A stretch of 64,000 nt of DNA from Octopus sinensis (taxonomy: Eukaryota), in the NCBI RefSeq assembly GCF_006345805.1, contig NC_043012.1:14756001-14820000 (forward strand). The letters are read 5' to 3'. The translations under genes were made by a program, and so were the position numbers. Numbering within the stretch: position 1 is the first letter of the stretch; the number at the start of each line of letters is the position of its first letter. Below the pieces are notes generated by a model. It did no database searches. It was not told the origin of the DNA and saw only the letters and a program-made list of their open reading frames with translations. This document shows positions 51,224-63,843 of this stretch, piece after piece.

Positions 51224-51679
51224 TTGTTGCTTACATAATGCTGTTCTCCCCTTCGTTAATATCAATCACACTCACTTCTACCACTACATTTCGTCAGACT
51301 AATACTCTTTGCACTCTTCTCATTTTATCGTATAATTCATCCAACAAAATTGTCTGCTGCTGCTCTCACATGGAGATCACAGCAGCTTGAAACTCAAGTA
51401 ACAAGATGAATATGGGTGTGAACTTTTGTTACTACATTTCAGTTAATTTTGAAAAATGAAGAATTTACTAAAATAACTTTCTCATTATTAAGTTGGTGTT
51501 CAAAAAATAAGCTAACATGAAATTTTGATGGAAATTTTTAATCTAGATCATTTTAAAACAGAATGTTTGTATCATAAAACCAGGGGCAATCTCAGGTGGG
51601 GTAATGGATATTCCACAAAGGAGTAATAGATATCCTGCCACAAAAATCACAGATCCTACACTTGCATGCTAAGAGTGGC

Positions 51680-52005
51680 TTTCATTGTCACTTGCAGAGA
51701 TCCTCTGACCAATGAGTGAGTGTATGGGAACCTTTGTCCAGTATCAAACTTCTTCAAAGACCATAGAGCCAGATTTGCAAAGCATTGCTGGAAAGCAAAA
51801 GATGAAAGTGTTAGTGAAGTCCTTACATGGAAGCCTACACAAGGAAGACCTAACAGAGGACAACAAACCAACACCTACATGAATCAGATTTGTGATGACC
51901 GAAACGGCAATGTTTCTAACTTGCCGAATATGATGGACAATAGAATTGGATGGCGACAGAACGCTACGGGAATCTGCACAAGCAGTGCAACCAGGTCATG
52001 ATGAT
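51680..52005 (+). mobile_element. RTE-clade LINE 3' fragment
   Basis: RARFAKHCWKAKDE..VLTWKPTQGRPNRG..TYMNQI. Confidence 0.65.
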
Positions 52006-52431
52006 CAGGCAGGGTTAACTAAACTCTATGTATGGGTTTTGTGTTCGTACAAATACATACAAACACACATACAAACACACACACACACACATACACTTAA
52101 AAAGAAAAAGAAAACATCTTTTCTTTGTGGATGAATGTGAAAATACTTTTGAAGTGTATATCAATGGCTTGAAGTCTTTCTACATAGCAAAACATTAATC
52201 AATTTATTACTGGAAGTGAGAGCAGCCACATTAGGATGAGAAGAAGACTATTATATTATATATTATATTGATTTTATTCAGTAGACCTTAAAACAAGTGG
52301 GTGTGCATTTGTGTGTGTAATATAATATCATATGTATATATGAATGAAGATATATATATATAAATAATAAACACACACACATGTGTACTATGTTTATATA
52401 TACATATATATATCTTAATGTATATATGTAC

Positions 52432-52470
<39 letters not shown>

Positions 52471-52841
52471 ATTCATAGATTATGTAATCATTAATTGGAA
52501 TATTTTATTATTGCTTTGGGGTTTTTTTTTCCTTTGTTTATCTAGAGATTCCACTACTAAATGGTTATAATACTAAATCATTAGTACATTAATCTCCTAC
52601 TGCAGACATTTCACTGCTTGTTTCGGCTATCATTTAGATTATACCACTCTATAGCTAGTAATTGAGGCTAAAAATTACTTTTAAAAATTCATGAAATTCT
52701 CTAAATTTATATAAGCATCAGAAGATAGTTCAGATTGGCATAAAGCCACCTCCCTTTCTCAAATTGTGTATGTATATACATACATACATACCTACGTACC
52801 TGCCTGCCCGCATGCAGGCAGTATGTATGTATGCATACATC

Positions 52842-53290
52842 ACTAGATTTCAAGAAAGCCTTTGAATCTGTTCCCTACTCATGGATGCTAGAAGCCCTCA
52901 ACTTGTTAAAGTTCCTGTCAGAATAGTCAAAGCTGACCTGACTTCATCATGGGCCACCATCTTGAAATTAAACACAAAGAGTGACTGTATTATCGCTGAT
53001 AGAATACAATATTGCAAAGGCATATTCCAAGGGGACAGCCTCTCTGCAATGTTGTTTATGCTTTCCGTAAACCCCTTGTCATTCATGTTAAGGAAGTCTA
53101 AAGGATATCTCACTGATTTACTAGGAAACAGAAATACCAAAATTACGCACTGTTTCTTTGTGGATGACTTGAAACTTTATGCAAAGAATATGCATGAGAT
53201 GGAAAAAGAGCCTTGGCCTAGTCACAACATTCTCGAAGGATGTAGCGTTGGAGTTTGGTCAGGATAAATGTTGCAATATGGTTGTGATGT
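52842..53290 (+). mobile_element. R4/Dong-like RT fragment
   Basis: LDFKKAFESVPYSW, KGIFQGDSLSAMLFMLSVNPLS, THCFFVDDLKLYAK. Confidence 0.8.
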
Positions 53291-53334
53291 AGACTCACAA
53301 CATAACTAGACCCTCTAAATATTTACTACTTTCT

Positions 53335-53364
53335 GACCCGCGCAACGCCGGGTATTATTGCTAG
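53335..53364 (+). mobile_element. Helitron-type 3' terminus
   Basis: GC hairpin acccgcgcaacgccgggt followed after about 8 nt by CTAG|T. Confidence 0.65.
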
Positions 53365-54408
53365 TATATATATGTGTGTGTGTGTGGTATGAAGTTTGCT
53401 CTCCAACCACATGGTTCCAGGTTCAATCCCATACATGGGACTTTAGACAAGTATCTTCTACTATAACTCCATGCCAAACAAAGCCTTGGGGATATGTAGC
53501 AGGAATTCAGACTCTAACCACTAAGTACTTGGTTTGGCACCATGACTGAGCCACCACTGTTTCACATGATTGATCTATAAACCAAATCATCATCATGAAG
53601 CTGTAGTGTTATATGGCTTGCTCAGATGTTCTAGAATTTACCTTGTTGTCACCTTATATAAACCCATTGGTGCCTAATTCACCAGGCAGAATGTTGAGAA
53701 TGGCCGACTGATTCACATGCCTCACCTCTTGCTAGGCAGATGACCTCTGGCACTCGAGCAGACAGCTTTGGACTTTTGCACAGACAGACCGATTCTGAAC
53801 ATTGTAAGTAGCTTCTATGGATATGTATTTCTTTACTACCCACAAGGGGCTAAACATAGAGGGGAGTAAGTAGCTTCTATGGATATGGTGCAGTTCTTCT
53901 CTCTTCCCAGTCAACAATTATTAGTATTTTTCATTATAAATAGCCAACACCAACTATATTTTGTTTGGCAATAAATATTAGTGCTATGAATTTTTATTAT
54001 TATACTATGAATTGGTTTTGGTTATTCTACATGCAGAAAGAAAATGTGAAGCCTGGTACTTATTTATTGGTGTCTTTTGCTGAACCACTAAGTTACGGGG
54101 ACATAAATACACCAAAACAAACACACACACACATATGTATGATAGGCTTCTTTCAGTTTCTGTCTATTTAGTTGACCCAAGGCTAGAAGACACTTACCCA
54201 AGTGCCATACAGTGGGACTGAACCCAGAACTGTGTGATTGGAAAGCAAACTTCTTACTTCACAGCCATGTCTGTACCTGGTTTCCTTGTTTACTTATTTA
54301 TTTTCTTTTTGTCTTTTTTGATACAAATTTAAGAAATTGACTCTTAAATGACAATTGTCACTGCTCTTACATAAAATATTAATTTTTTTTTTTTTTTTTA
54401 CTTTCAAG

Positions 54409-54580
54409 GAGATCCCAAAGATGGAATCAGATGGTCAGGTGACCACCTCTGAAGAGATAGAAGACATAAGCCCTCAAGCAAACAACAACTGCGGTGCCAC
54501 AGCCAGCAGCCAGGTGAAATGGAAGAAAGACATGCTCACAGATATGGAACCAATTGAAGGGAAACGACAAACAACAAAAG
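54409..54580 (+). CDS. CCDC28: CCDC28-family exon (EIPK-MESDGQVTTS...KRQTTK); in-frame ATG at 54421
   Basis: Long polypyrimidine tract plus AG; donor G|gtatgg; phase 1 matches the next exon. Confidence 0.75.
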
Positions 54581-54766
54581 GTATGGAGCATTTATGCCAT
54601 CTGGTTTTTCTCTTTGATTGTTCTTCTGAATTTAGAAACCAAATAAAGTTAACAGAAGATATAGGTGAGAGAATGGCAGATCTCGTGGCTTTCATAGGGG
54701 CTCTTAGACTTGTAGCTTCAGTGTGTGTGTGTGTATGTGTGTACATGAGTTTTTGTGCATGTGTAT

Positions 54767-55385
54767 ATCATCATCATTTAACGTCCGCTTTCCATGCTAG
54801 CATGGGTTGGACGATTTTGACTGAGGGCTGGCGAACCGGATGGCTGCACCAGGCTCCAATCTTGATTTGGCAGAGTTTCTACAGCTGGGTGCCCTTCCTA
54901 ATGCCAACCATGTAGTGGTTGAGCGTGATCATTACCAACGTCGCCTTACCGGCACCTGTGCTGGTGGCATGTGTAAAAAGATTCGAGCGAGGTTGTTGCC
55001 AGTACCGCCTGACTGGCCCCCATGTCGGTGGCACGTAAAAACCACCAACCGATCGTGGCCATTGCCAGCCTCCCCTGGCACCTATGCCAGTGGCACGTAA
55101 AAAGCACCAACTGTTCGTGGCTGTTGCCAGCCTACCCTGGCACCTGTGCCTCGCGGAATGTAGTGGGTGCTTTTTACATGCCACCGGCACGGGCCAGTCA
55201 GGCGGTACTGGCAACAACCTCGCTCGAATTTTTTTACACATGCCACCAGCACAGGTGCCGGTAAGGCGACGTTGGTAACAATCACACTCGAATGGTGCCC
55301 CTTTACGTGCCACTTGCATGGAAGCCAGTTGGCTGCTCTGGCAACAATCCCGCTCAGATGGTGCTCTTGGCACCCTACTAGCACA
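54767..55385. mobile_element. SINE family C with internal inversion (fold-back 54921-55289)
   Basis: 54921-55018 is the inverse of about 55191-55289. Confidence 0.8.
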
Positions 55386-56762
55386 TGTGTATGTGTAAAT
55401 AGTTATTACCATATGTCTTTGCATGACACTTGTTTGGGATGTCATGCTTACATCTCGTGTAAGCAAATGTCTTGTAATCCAAATGTGTTAAGGTATGAAA
55501 TCCTGTGAAATGAAACATATTCGTGTGTTGCTGTCTTAAGAAGCATCATCATCATCATCATCATCATCATTTAACGTCCGCTTTCCATGCTGGAATGGGT
55601 TGGACAGTTTGACTGAAGACTAGTAAGCCTGGGAACAACATCAGGTTCCAATCTAATGCAGCTCTGGAGCTGAGAAGCAACAAGATATTGAATCACTCCC
55701 AGAGCAAAGACAGGATTCCAAAACTTGCAACAGAGTATGTTTTGCTAAGACACTCAAGGCCTGGGTAGGAGGGTTAGATTTGGTGACAGAGGAAAAGAAT
55801 AAATACAACTCTTTTTATCCAACACAATTTCAGCTTCCAAGATACATTTTAGCCTTTCAAAAATGCAAGAAGACTGTTAACTTCACTTAAACACTCATTA
55901 TTTGGTGGGCAAGTGTCTTCTACTATAGACCCAGGTCAACCAAAGCCTTGTGAATGGATTTAGTATATGAAAACCGAAAGAAGCATATTGTCCGTGTGGT
56001 GTGTGTGTGTGTGTGCGTGTGCGCAGGTGCAGATATGTGTATCTGTGTGTAAATATTTATTTCTATGTCTTTGCATGACCCTTGTTTTTGGTGACAAGGA
56101 TGTCATGTAAACCTATAACCCAAATGTTTTAATGTATGAAAACCAGTGAAATGAAATATACCATATTTGAAAGTTAGATTAGAGCTGCCGACAAGTAGGG
56201 CATCTTCATCATCATCATCATCGTTTAATGTCCGTTTTCCATGCTAGCATGGGTTGGACGGTTCAACTGGGGTCTGGGAAGCCAGAAGACTGCACCAGGC
56301 TCCAGTCTGATCTGGCAATGTTTCTACAGCTGGATGACTTTCCTAACACCAACCACTCCGTGAGTGTAGTGGGTGCTTTTTACGTGCCACTGGCGGCTGG
56401 CAACGGCCACGATAGGTTGGTGGTTTTTATGTGTCACCAACATGGAAGCCAGTCAAGGCGGCGCTGGCATTGACCACGTACGGATGGTGCTTTTTATGTG
56501 CCACAGGCACAGGTGCCAGGGTAGGCTGGCAATGGCCATGAGCAGTTGGTGCTTTTTACGTGCCACTGGCACGTAGTCATCGAAAACTGCTTCAGTTCGT
56601 TTCCTCTATCCTATGCCAGCATGGGCATAAAAATAATGATGGCACAAGCCCATTAAATGCATAATGTGGATCAAGCAAGTTGCTACATCAGTAGACAATG
56701 TACCAAGAAGTTAACTGTTTGTATAATGGTGCCAACACTTGTGTTTAAGGCCAATGCATTAA

Positions 56763-57319
56763 CCCTTTCATTTACTGTATTTACTTTGAGATGCTCTGTG
56801 TTTCTTTCAATTATTTTTAAATATAACAATGATCGTTGCCAGAGCAGCCAACTGGCTTCCGTACCCGTGGCACGTAAAAGGGCACCATTCGAGTGTGATC
56901 GTTATCAACATCGCTTCACTGGCACCTGTGCCGGTGGCACATGTAAAAAGATTCGAGCGAGGTCGTTGCCAGTACCGCCTGTGCTGGTGGCACGTAAAAA
57001 GCACCCACTACACTCTCAGAGTGGTTGGCATTAGGAAGGGCATCCAGCTGTAGAAACTCTGCCAGATCAAGACTGGAGCCTGGTGCAGCCATCTGGTTTG
57101 CTAGCCCTCAGTCAAAATCGTCCAACCCATGCTTGCATGGAAAGCGGACATTAAACGATGATGATGAATTTAGTAAAATAACTTAGTTATCATTAAGCTA
57201 GTGTTAGGAACATAAATTGTGACTAATGTTTGGTGGAAGATTTTAATTCAAAACTTTTGAAAACAAGACATTTGTACTCAGAGCCAGAGCCAGTTTCAGC
57301 CGGGTTGGTAACAAAAGGG
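56763..57319. mobile_element. piggyBac-type MITE (family 1) with nested SINE family C (56830-57166)
   Basis: ttaa|ccctttc ... caaaaggg|ttaa; matches 20689-20910 in reverse orientation. Confidence 0.85.
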
Positions 57320-57761
57320 TTAAACTCCCAAATGGCCTAGACCTCCTTTTTCTAAATAGGTACTGAGAACAGACACAACTTATATAATTGTAAAAACTAC
57401 CATTACCTCGCTAAGACTGGTCTGTATTTTGTTAGTTTACAGCTCAACTCCTCCTGTGAGTAGAGCGTTTATCTATGTTGAACGTATTACCTCCCTTAGA
57501 GTGGATTATATGTTACATATGAAAAGCAGGCTTTCATAGCTTGTCAAAAGACTAGATTTGAAGCAGAGGGGATACAATTATGACAGATGAATTTAGACTA
57601 CATAGGTAACAGAATTTAGTTTCTTTTTCGTTTCCATACTGAAATCTTGCCAGAGTGAACTTCATCTTTCATCTGTCTAGATCAGTCAAGGGCATGCTAC
57701 AGCTGTCAGGATTTTTTGAATAGAATGCCTAATGAAAAATTACCTTTGGTTTCTTTTTCCA

Positions 57762-58040
57762 GTCATCATTGTTCGACCGTGGTCGAGACAATGGAATTTA
57801 CCATGCTACGCCAGACTTCACAGTCCATCATAGCATTACGGAGGTCCTGTTGCTAGATGCCGGTATCCCTGGAGATTACATCAGGGTAGGAGAGTGTGCG
57901 CCCTCTGGTATTGCGAGTAGATGGCTTCCAGAGGAGAAGAGTAGAAATTACCTCGTTTTCAGCTCTACAACAATGTCCAGCAAACTGGACTCTTCTACCT
58001 TTCACAAGAGATGATACAGGTGGTAGTTTTCCCAGCTCAC
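57762..58040 (-). mobile_element. RTE-clade LINE 3' end
   Basis: PPVSSLVKGRRVQFAGHCCRAENEVISTLLLWKP...GRTLSYPDVISRDTG followed by a short atgatg tail. Confidence 0.8.
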
Positions 58041-58361
58041 CTGATGGTGGGTCATGTCTCATGTGGCCTGCTTCTCAAAAAAGGTGGCCCATGCCTGGTC
58101 TAGATCAGTAATTACAATAGGGAAACAAGTCATTCAACTACATTCCTCATTTACTTTGTGTTATTATAAGAAATGATTATGTTGTTGATAAACAAGTCGG
58201 TAGAGTAATATATTTCTCAGCAGTTAATTTCTCTTCTCTTCAAAGTTCAGCTCCTGCTGCTGAGATCAATAAAATAAGCACCAGTAATACGTGAGATTGA
58301 TTTAACAGACTTCTACTCTTCTTTTACTTTTTCATTGACCTTTACCAATTGAAGTGTTTGA

Positions 58362-58640
<279 letters not shown>

Positions 58641-58954
58641 TGATGCTTTTTATGAAAATACCAAAAGCAATGATGGCAGAGCAGCAGACTAAATGCTTGG
58701 TGTTTAGATGCCATTGCAACGATGATGTTGTGGTGTTTAGCTATGAAAGAGAGGTGTATGGTGTTTACATTTCACAGCAAAAATGAATTTGTGATGTCCA
58801 GGTGCTGTAGGAGTGATAAATCTTGGCAGAGTCATCTTTTGTGACTCACAGCAAAATTCAGTACTGGGGTTGATATGTTTGACTAAACCCTTTCAGGCAT
58901 TGCCCCAGCATGGCTACATTCCAATGACTGAAACAAGTAAAGGATAAATCAGTT

Positions 58955-59439
58955 AATAAATAATATCAACAAATTTCAATTCATTACTTGAAGTATTAAC
59001 TATCAATGTACTAGAAACACTGAAGGAAGAAATAATCCAAAGAAATCCATTCAATGAAACACAAAAAATAGATTTCATTTTTGGATTTGGTTTGCAAGAT
59101 TCTTTATGAGTTCGTGTGTTGAAGCATATTCTATTGTGTCTGGGGAGAGTCATTTTCTTTTTGTGCCTTATTATGTAAAACACTCATCGGTAAAATTTCC
59201 ACTTTTTTCTTATCTTTATTGTCCTAAAATTTTCGTTGCGTCTTGCAACCTTTTCAATAGTTTTGACTCTCAAAACTATTGAAAGAGTCAAAACTATTGA
59301 AGAGTCAAAACTATTGAAAAGGTTGCAAGACGCAACGAAAATTTTAGGACAATAAAAATAAGAAAAACATGGAAATTTTACCGGTGAGTGTTTTACATAA
59401 TACGGCACAAAAAGGAAATGACTTTCCTCAGACACAATA
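58955..59439 (-). mobile_element. Fold-back (59132-59439) plus probable tail HHR element in a CCDC28 intron; U3:A8 HHRs at 59224-59260 (-) and 59311-59347 (+)
   Basis: cta-TTGAAAA-g-gttgc(aagac)gcaac-GAAA-at-TT-tag; centre holds about three copies of (gag)tcaaaactattgaa. Confidence 0.7.
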
Positions 59440-60309
59440 CAAAAAATAGACCTACATGTACAAACAAGGCTTTTAACATTCTAAAAATGAGATTAAACTT
59501 TAATTGCAGTATAGGACTTGAAGAGTTAATATTTTGGGATCAATTACTGTCAAGCTAGACTTTGCTTATCAATCTTTTGTGGTTGGTAAAATAAATACCT
59601 GTTATGTGTTTTATTGATTTAATTAACCACTACCTCTCCTTACATAGTGTGTAGTCTTGTAGCAATGACAAAAGTCCTTATTGTCATCTTACATGTACTA
59701 AATATATTTTCCCTACCAAAAGTTTTCTCAGAATAGTAAGAAATAAATAACACTGCTTGTATGACAGGGATACTCATTTACAATTATCATATGATGTCAA
59801 GACATGGGAGGCATAAACACACACATGCAACTGGCTTCTTTCGGTTTTTGTGTACCAGATTCACTCACAAGGCTTTGGTCGACCCAGTGATATTGGGTAG
59901 CAGCCATCTTACCCACACAGCTGCTCCTGCACATAACTCCAGTGCTTATACCAAATCTCTCAGCCCTGAAGTATAGAGCCCTAAAACCAACCTTTTCCTG
60001 AAGTCAATAGGTGTGAGTTAGTAATATACTTAAAGCCTACTAAGATTTAGGTAAACTTGGTTGTTTGGTTCTACATGCCATGAACATAGACACAGATTGA
60101 TGCTGTAAACAGGATAGGAACAATGGATCCTTGGCTGGTTCTCATTATTAATCCAATCCTCTGTCGACCTTCACTTTTGATAAACAGAGAAAATTTTTTA
60201 AAGATTGAGGCACAAATTCTTGTATTTTTACTTTCACTTTTATAATGATATTTTTTTTTAGTTCTTTTTTTACAAGCTTTATCTATAAGGTAGTGTTTCT
60301 GTTTCCTAG

Positions 60310-60409
60310 GTGTTGATTCCTCCTGTGAGAAAATGGATCAAATTCGAGAGCAACAAGAAAGACTAGCTCGCCTTCATTTTGACCTTGATCTTCAGCAAGA
60401 TTTACACAG
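60310..60409 (+). CDS. CCDC28: CCDC28-family exon (GVDSSCEKMDQIREQQERLARLHFDLDLQQDLHR)
   Basis: Matches the recalled family motif RE.QE.LARLHF.L; cctag| acceptor and |gtaatt donor; phases 1/2 consistent. Confidence 0.95.
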
Positions 60410-60719
60410 GTAATTCAAAACAGTTTGTTCTAACTCTGTTTACACAAACTTTCTTTGTGGCATTCAACCTATTTTTGTAGTCTGAGTTCAAAATCTGCCA
60501 AAGTCAACTTTGCCTTTCATCCTTTCATCCAAGTACAAGTTGAGCACTGTGACTGATGCATTCAACGTGACTGATACCCTAAAATTGTGCCAAAATTAGA
60601 AAGAATATTATTCTTATACGAGGGTGAGCCAAAAAGTAATGCCATTTTGTTTAGGACAGGTATAATTACCAACACAGGAATATGTATCATAGTCGCTGGA
60701 CTATCATCTCTTCAGCCCA

Positions 60720-60970
60720 ATGAGTTTCTACAGCTGGATGCCCTTCCTAGCGCCAACCACTCCAAGAGTGTAGTGGGTGCTTTTACATGCCACCGGCACG
60801 GGGGCCAGTCAGGCGGTATTGGCAATGACCTCGCTCGAATGGTTTTACATGTGCCAGTAAGGTGACGCTGGTAACGATCATGCTCGAATGGTGCCTTTTA
60901 CGTGCCACCAGCACGGAAGCCAGTTAGCCGCTCTGGTAACGATCACGCTCGGATGGTGCTCTTAGCACTT
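60720..60970 (-). mobile_element. SINE family C fragment with hairpin modules
   Basis: gatgcccttcctagcgccaaccactcc...gccaccggcac modules. Confidence 0.8.
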
Positions 60971-62904
60971 TGAGAAATTTGTTATTATTTTCAAAACTAA
61001 CTGAAACAAAAACCATGTATTTCAAAAGAAATATGTTAACAAAAGGGTTAAGACAGAACTGAGATGTGGCGGCCAATGTGGTTACTGCACAGGGCAGCTG
61101 AAACCCATGCTATGTTATGCCCTAGCTAACTTCATTTTGTCAGAAAATTAAGAAACTCTTTGTTGATACCTTGACTGCTTTAAAAGACATTTTCATTTAG
61201 GCAAACTGTGAAGTCATAGCATAATAGAATCTCACCCCTCACAAATCACTGACTATAGAGTCTGTTGATGAATAATTAAGAACTCTTTCAGTAACTCTGC
61301 TTTGATTATTACTTCAAAAGCATCAAGGTGGACACATACGAAGATGTTTATATTTTGGATTCTTTCATAATTGAAATCTTCTGCTCGAATACAAGCCAGA
61401 CCACTGGAAATAAAACTCAAGCTTTAATTCAATTATAAATCAGGCCTGGGTTTTAGAAATGACTGTGAAAGATTCTCAAACTTATGATTCTGCACTTTCA
61501 GTTGAAAATAATGCACTAGCCTCTGGCAAAAGGAGAAGAATTATTTAACTTGTGAACTGAATCAGACTGCTATAAGAGTTCCTCTCCGATGTCGTTGCAA
61601 TCTCAGCATCAAAGTCAACGGTGTTGATGTGAGAAATCTCTGCAACATAATTACACCCAACATCCATCCCATAATACTTTTTGTTTCAATTATAAGGAAA
61701 TGGGACATTTTTCAAAGGTTTAAGATTTTTGAAAGAACAAATAAGTTCTCCTTTTCTGTCTTTCACACATGACTGCTTACCTTCAACATTATAATCCTCT
61801 ATCATTGGATTATCCATTCACACAACTTCTGTAAACAGGCTTATTGATGTGGGTGTTTTTATATGATGACATGGGTTCTTTTCATATGATTTTGCCCCAA
61901 ACAATGGTTGAGGTAACTGTAGCATAAGAAACTACAAAGAGAGAAAAAACTCAACAATGGTGTTTGCAATGGTGACTGCAAAAAACCTCCTCAGATACCT
62001 GAAAGGATTTAGTTCTATGAAAAGCTAAAGTGCTTTTTAAACATTCAATTTATGGACAGTTTATGTCTGTATGAATCTATTCAATTATACTTACTCCCAA
62101 GCAACTCATCTCTTATCTCTGGGGCCGACACAAATAAGCACTGAACCAACACAGTATGAAAATTATTTCAAGTGGAAAAGTTAAGTATCTCAGGGTTGTA
62201 TTCATGAGTGATGGGAGGTTGGAGGGGCTGAACTGGACACCAGAGCTGCAGGTGCTGGTACAGTAATGCACCAGTTCCAGCATTTGATTCCAAGAAGAGA
62301 GGTTGGTGAAGAGGCCAAACTTGCTATCTTCAGTTCAGTTTCCATACACATCCTCAACTTTGGTTGTGGATGTGGGATAATAACTAAAGGAGTATGCTTG
62401 CAGGCACAAGTGGCCAAAAGGGGGTTCCTTTGAAGGGACTCTGGAATAATGTTATTTCACAGAGTATGTTGCTCAAAGATCAGGGAGTTTCTCTAAGTCA
62501 AGCCATTTCTGTGCATTGAGATGTCACAGGAAAGAATCACTAGACAGATTCTTCAAGACCAGCCAACCAGCAGGAAACCAAAGGATAGACCAAGAATGGG
62601 ATGGTTGGATAATATCCATAGTATCAGCTGGTCACACCTGAGATCTGATGACAATAGCATTAAACATGACCTTTTAACTTTTAACTATGTGACCTCCTGA
62701 AGCAGTATGTTTGTTTCTTTTAGCGCCATATTTCTGTTGAAATAAAACATCATTTGTTTGAATTGATTTTGATAATAATGAAGAATTTAGTGAAATTGTC
62801 ATTGTTAAGCTGGTGTTTAGAACATAAATTAACATGAAATGATAGTTGCTTCTGATTGCAACACCAGTATCTGTCATGACTACGATTTTGCTTGTCATTG
62901 CCTC

Positions 62905-63130
62905 CGTGAGGCCCAATGCTCGAAAGGAACTCAGCCACTTCACCTCCACAAGGCCTAACACTCAAAAGGATCTCAGCCACTTTGCGTCCATGAGGCCTAA
63001 CACTCAAAAGGATCTCAGCCACTTTGCATCCATGAGGCCTAACGCTCAAAAGGATCTCAGCCACTTTGCATCCATGAGGCCCAACGCTGGAAAGGAACTC
63101 AGTTACTTTGCCTCTGTGAAACCCAATTCT
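62905..63130. repeat. 42-bp minisatellite, about 5.5 units
   Basis: aggcctaacactcaaaaggatctcagccactttgcatccatg repeats; one related unit at about 14175-14220 in reverse. Confidence 0.9.
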
Positions 63131-63290
63131 GATTGGGCCCTATGGAGAAAGTACCTGAGGATTCTACCCCACAACCTTTTCAGAAATAGTGGGCAGAGAA
63201 GATGAGTGAATAAACGGTTTATAAATTGTTTTGTCATCAGTTTTCAGGTATTTTTCTACTTCTGAAGAATCTTTATTCTATTTTCAACAG

Positions 63291-63351
63291 ACTAGACACA
63301 GATATGGCTCGTAAAACTGCAAATGACAATCTTGGAAAGCTGATCGATCAG
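63291..63351 (+). CDS. CCDC28: CCDC28-family exon (RLDTDMARKTANDNLGKLIDQ)
   Basis: ttcaacag| acceptor and CAG|gtattt donor; phases 2/0 fit; resembles the A..NL..L coiled-coil segment of the family. Confidence 0.88.
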
Positions 63352-63810
63352 GTATTTAAAGATTTTTTTCTATAGCATTCTATTTTGTAGGCTCTCATAA
63401 CTTGCTTTATCTTCAGGTATTTAAAATCACCGGGGCTGCTTTCAGCAAGGTATTTCTAGCAATGATAATGTAACATATGTGACCCACTAGTTTCCAAGGA
63501 ATACAGTTCGTTGCTATTATGCAAAAGTATCGTAAGTCCAAAACGTTGCTTTTTCAGAAAATGAAAAAATAGCTTCACCATTTCCTTTCTTTTTACATTA
63601 GCAACGGTTTCAGCTTAACAAGAATACTTTGCTGGATGCATAAAAATCCTAACTCTATGCATCTATGATATTTTCAGTCAGAAATATTTTTGCAATATTT
63701 TTAGAATTATAAATTCAGTACATTTGAATTATAGTAATTATCTATTTTATATTTTGGTTAAATTAAATGTTACTTATTTTTCTCTTTTTTTTTTTTCTTT
63801 TTACTTTCAG

Positions 63811-63833
63811 TTACAATGTCTCAGTACATCCAT
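63811..63833 (+). CDS. CCDC28: CCDC28-family 23-nt exon (LQCLSTSI)
   Basis: Strong polypyrimidine tract plus cag|; phase 0; L..LS.SI matches the recalled family C-terminus. Confidence 0.85.
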
Positions 63834-63843
63834 GTATCCTTTT
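63834..63843 (+). other. U12-type (minor spliceosome) 5' splice site GTATCCTTTT
   Basis: Exact match to the U12 donor consensus RTATCCTTT directly after the exon. Confidence 0.85.

Noticed and set aside
34028-53364. One giant Helitron from the TC-start-like motif at about 34028 to the CTAG end at 53364
   Set aside because: 19 kb apart with unrelated contents; more likely two separate remnants
54879-55466. 195-aa and neighbouring ORFs with repeated PVARKKH/CRWHVK peptides
   Set aside because: Chance open frames through GC-rich SINE modules
61200-61990. Possible decayed PIF1/Helitron helicase coding relic
   Set aside because: Only vague motif resemblance across stops and frameshifts; needs a translated search
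62846-63205. 119-aa ORF with 14-aa repeats
   Set aside because: Translation of the 42-bp intronic minisatellite
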